Shown: piece after piece, positions 42,377 through 43,604 of the stretch
Position numbering within the stretch: position 1 is the first letter of the stretch
Layout of the letters: each line of letters begins with the position of its first letter
NCBI GenBank assembly: GCA_043788445.1
Contig: JAYVTW010000079.1
Span: forward strand, 1 to 43,604
Source: Methylophilaceae bacterium
Lineage (GTDB): Bacteria > Pseudomonadota > Gammaproteobacteria > Burkholderiales > Methylophilaceae
DNA length: 43,604 nt
Direction of reading: 5' to 3'
Notes under the pieces: model-generated
The model's input: the letters and a program-made list of their open reading frames with translations, nothing else
What the model was told of the DNA's origin: nothing
The model's database searches: none
Translations under genes and position numbers: made by a program

Positions 42377-43537
42377 CTAATTACTACCTATACCTAAGCC
42401 ACTTCTAATTTGTAACGCACATTTAATTAAGGCAGCTTTATCTTGACCTATTAAGGTAAGATGTCCCATTTTTCGACCAGCACGCGCTTCATGCTTACGA
42501 TATGAGTGCATTTTAAGGCGTGGATTAGCTAACGCCAAACCCCAAGCTGGCTCAGTATTATTTTTCCAAATATCTCCCAATAAGTTGACCATCACAGCAT
42601 TACTATGCAAATGTGTATCACCAAGCGGCAAGCCCACCATTACACGTACTTGCTGCTCAAATTGATTCGTAACGCAGGCATCTATCGTGTAATGGCCAGA
42701 GTTATGTGGACGCGGAGCGATTTCATTCACTAACAAAGTGCCCTCACATACAAAAAACTCCACACCTAACACACCAACATAATTAAGCTTTTCTGCCAGT
42801 TTTTCGGCCAACTGCTGTGCTTGTTGATTAATTGCCAAATGACCACTAGTAGCAGCACGCGCTGGCACAGTAGTCATATCCAAAATACCGTTTAAATGGC
42901 TATTCTCGGCTGTAGGAAAAGCAGCAATATTACCAGTTTCGTCACGTGCTAACACTACCGATACTTCGTAATCCAGATTGAGCATTTTCTCTAAAACACA
43001 CTGTTCTCCACCAAGCTGGGCAAAGGCTTGTTGAGCTTCTAGTTTGTTTTTAACACGTGCTTGGCCTTTGCCATCGTAGCCAAAACGTGCCACTTTAAGA
43101 ATTGCAGGATAAAGCTGACTACCCTCCTGCGGCAAGTCGTCAACACCATCAATCACAGCAAAAGGCGCTACAGGCAACCCTGCACTACGCAGAAAGTTCT
43201 TCTCACTTACGCGATGCTGCGCAATCGCGACACTTGCGGCGGCTGGACGCACAATAGCCGTTTCAGCTAAAGTTTCTAGCGATGCAGCAGGCACATTTTC
43301 AAACTCAGTACTAATAGCAGCGCATGCGTAAGCCAATGTTTTGAGCGCATCCGCATCATCAAACGCCGCACATAAATGCATATCAGCTATTTTACCAGCA
43401 GGGCTGTTTTTATCGGGGTCTAATACCATGACCTTATAACCCATCTCATGGGCAGCAATAACAAAAAAGCGGCCCAACTGACCGCCGCCCAACATACCAA
43501 GCATCGCGGGAGGCAAAATGACTTTTTCGTGATTCAT
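42377..43537 (-). CDS. purK: N5-carboxyaminoimidazole ribonucleotide synthase
   Basis: ATP-grasp protein with N-terminal LGMLGGGQLG and C-terminal RKMGHLTLIG. Confidence 0.93.
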   Translation of the reverse strand: MNHEKVILPPAMLGMLGGGQLGRFFVIAAHEMGYKVMVLDPDKNSPAGKIADMHLCAAFDDADALKTLAYACAAISTEFENVPAASLETLAETAIVRPAAASVAIAQHRVSEKNFLRSAGLPVAPFAVIDGVDDLPQEGSQLYPAILKVARFGYDGKGQARVKNKLEAQQAFAQLGGEQCVLEKMLNLDYEVSVVLARDETGNIAAFPTAENSHLNGILDMTTVPARAATSGHLAINQQAQQLAEKLAEKLNYVGVLGVEFFVCEGTLLVNEIAPRPHNSGHYTIDACVTNQFEQQVRVMVGLPLGDTHLHSNAVMVNLLGDIWKNNTEPAWGLALANPRLKMHSYRKHEARAGRKMGHLTLIGQDKAALIKCALQIRSGLGIGSN

Positions 43538-43604
43538 TCTTTAACCTTTTTCGATTTTAACTGAGTATTTTGGAGTGATTATTGGCTAACGGGCAAATCA
43601 GTCA

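Noticed and set aside
43538-43604. Possible 3' end of purE upstream of purK on the minus strand.
   Set aside because: Only about 20 codons are available, two frames hit stops at once and the third gives just ...TDLPVSQ-stop. That is too short to call.

Overview
AT-rich chromosomal segment of a proteobacterium. Adk, the bio operon and gene order suggest Betaproteobacteria, possibly Nitrosomonadales or Methylophilaceae, but this is inference only. Most of the window is conserved housekeeping synteny: lptD(partial)-surA-pdxA-rsmA, adk, leuS-lptE-holA, proA-nadD, a complete bioB-F-H-C-D operon on the minus strand, trmL, gpsA-SH3b-secB-grxC-rhodanese divergent from gpmI-envC, clpB, cydAB, lspA-ileS-ribF-murJ, rpsT and purK. 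I recognised no rRNA, tRNA, CRISPR array, IS element, integrase, phage gene or defence-system gene. The non-core material lies in two islands, about 23.2-26.1 kb and 28.7-35.6 kb. These hold orphan lipoproteins and exported proteins plus four genes that read as decayed: an SLT-type lytic transglycosylase, a beta-barrel outer-membrane protein, a DUF2946-like Cys-motif protein cut by one in-frame TAA, and a sulfite-oxidase-like molybdoenzyme. The best candidate for an undescribed module is the co-directional string cydA-cydB-DUF2474-like peptide-DUF2946-like-OMP, where both accessory members carry paired-Cys motifs and both are inactivated. I did not find an intact novel multi-gene system, and this is otherwise an ordinary core region. 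Family names are recalled from memory of motifs and need HMM or BLAST confirmation.
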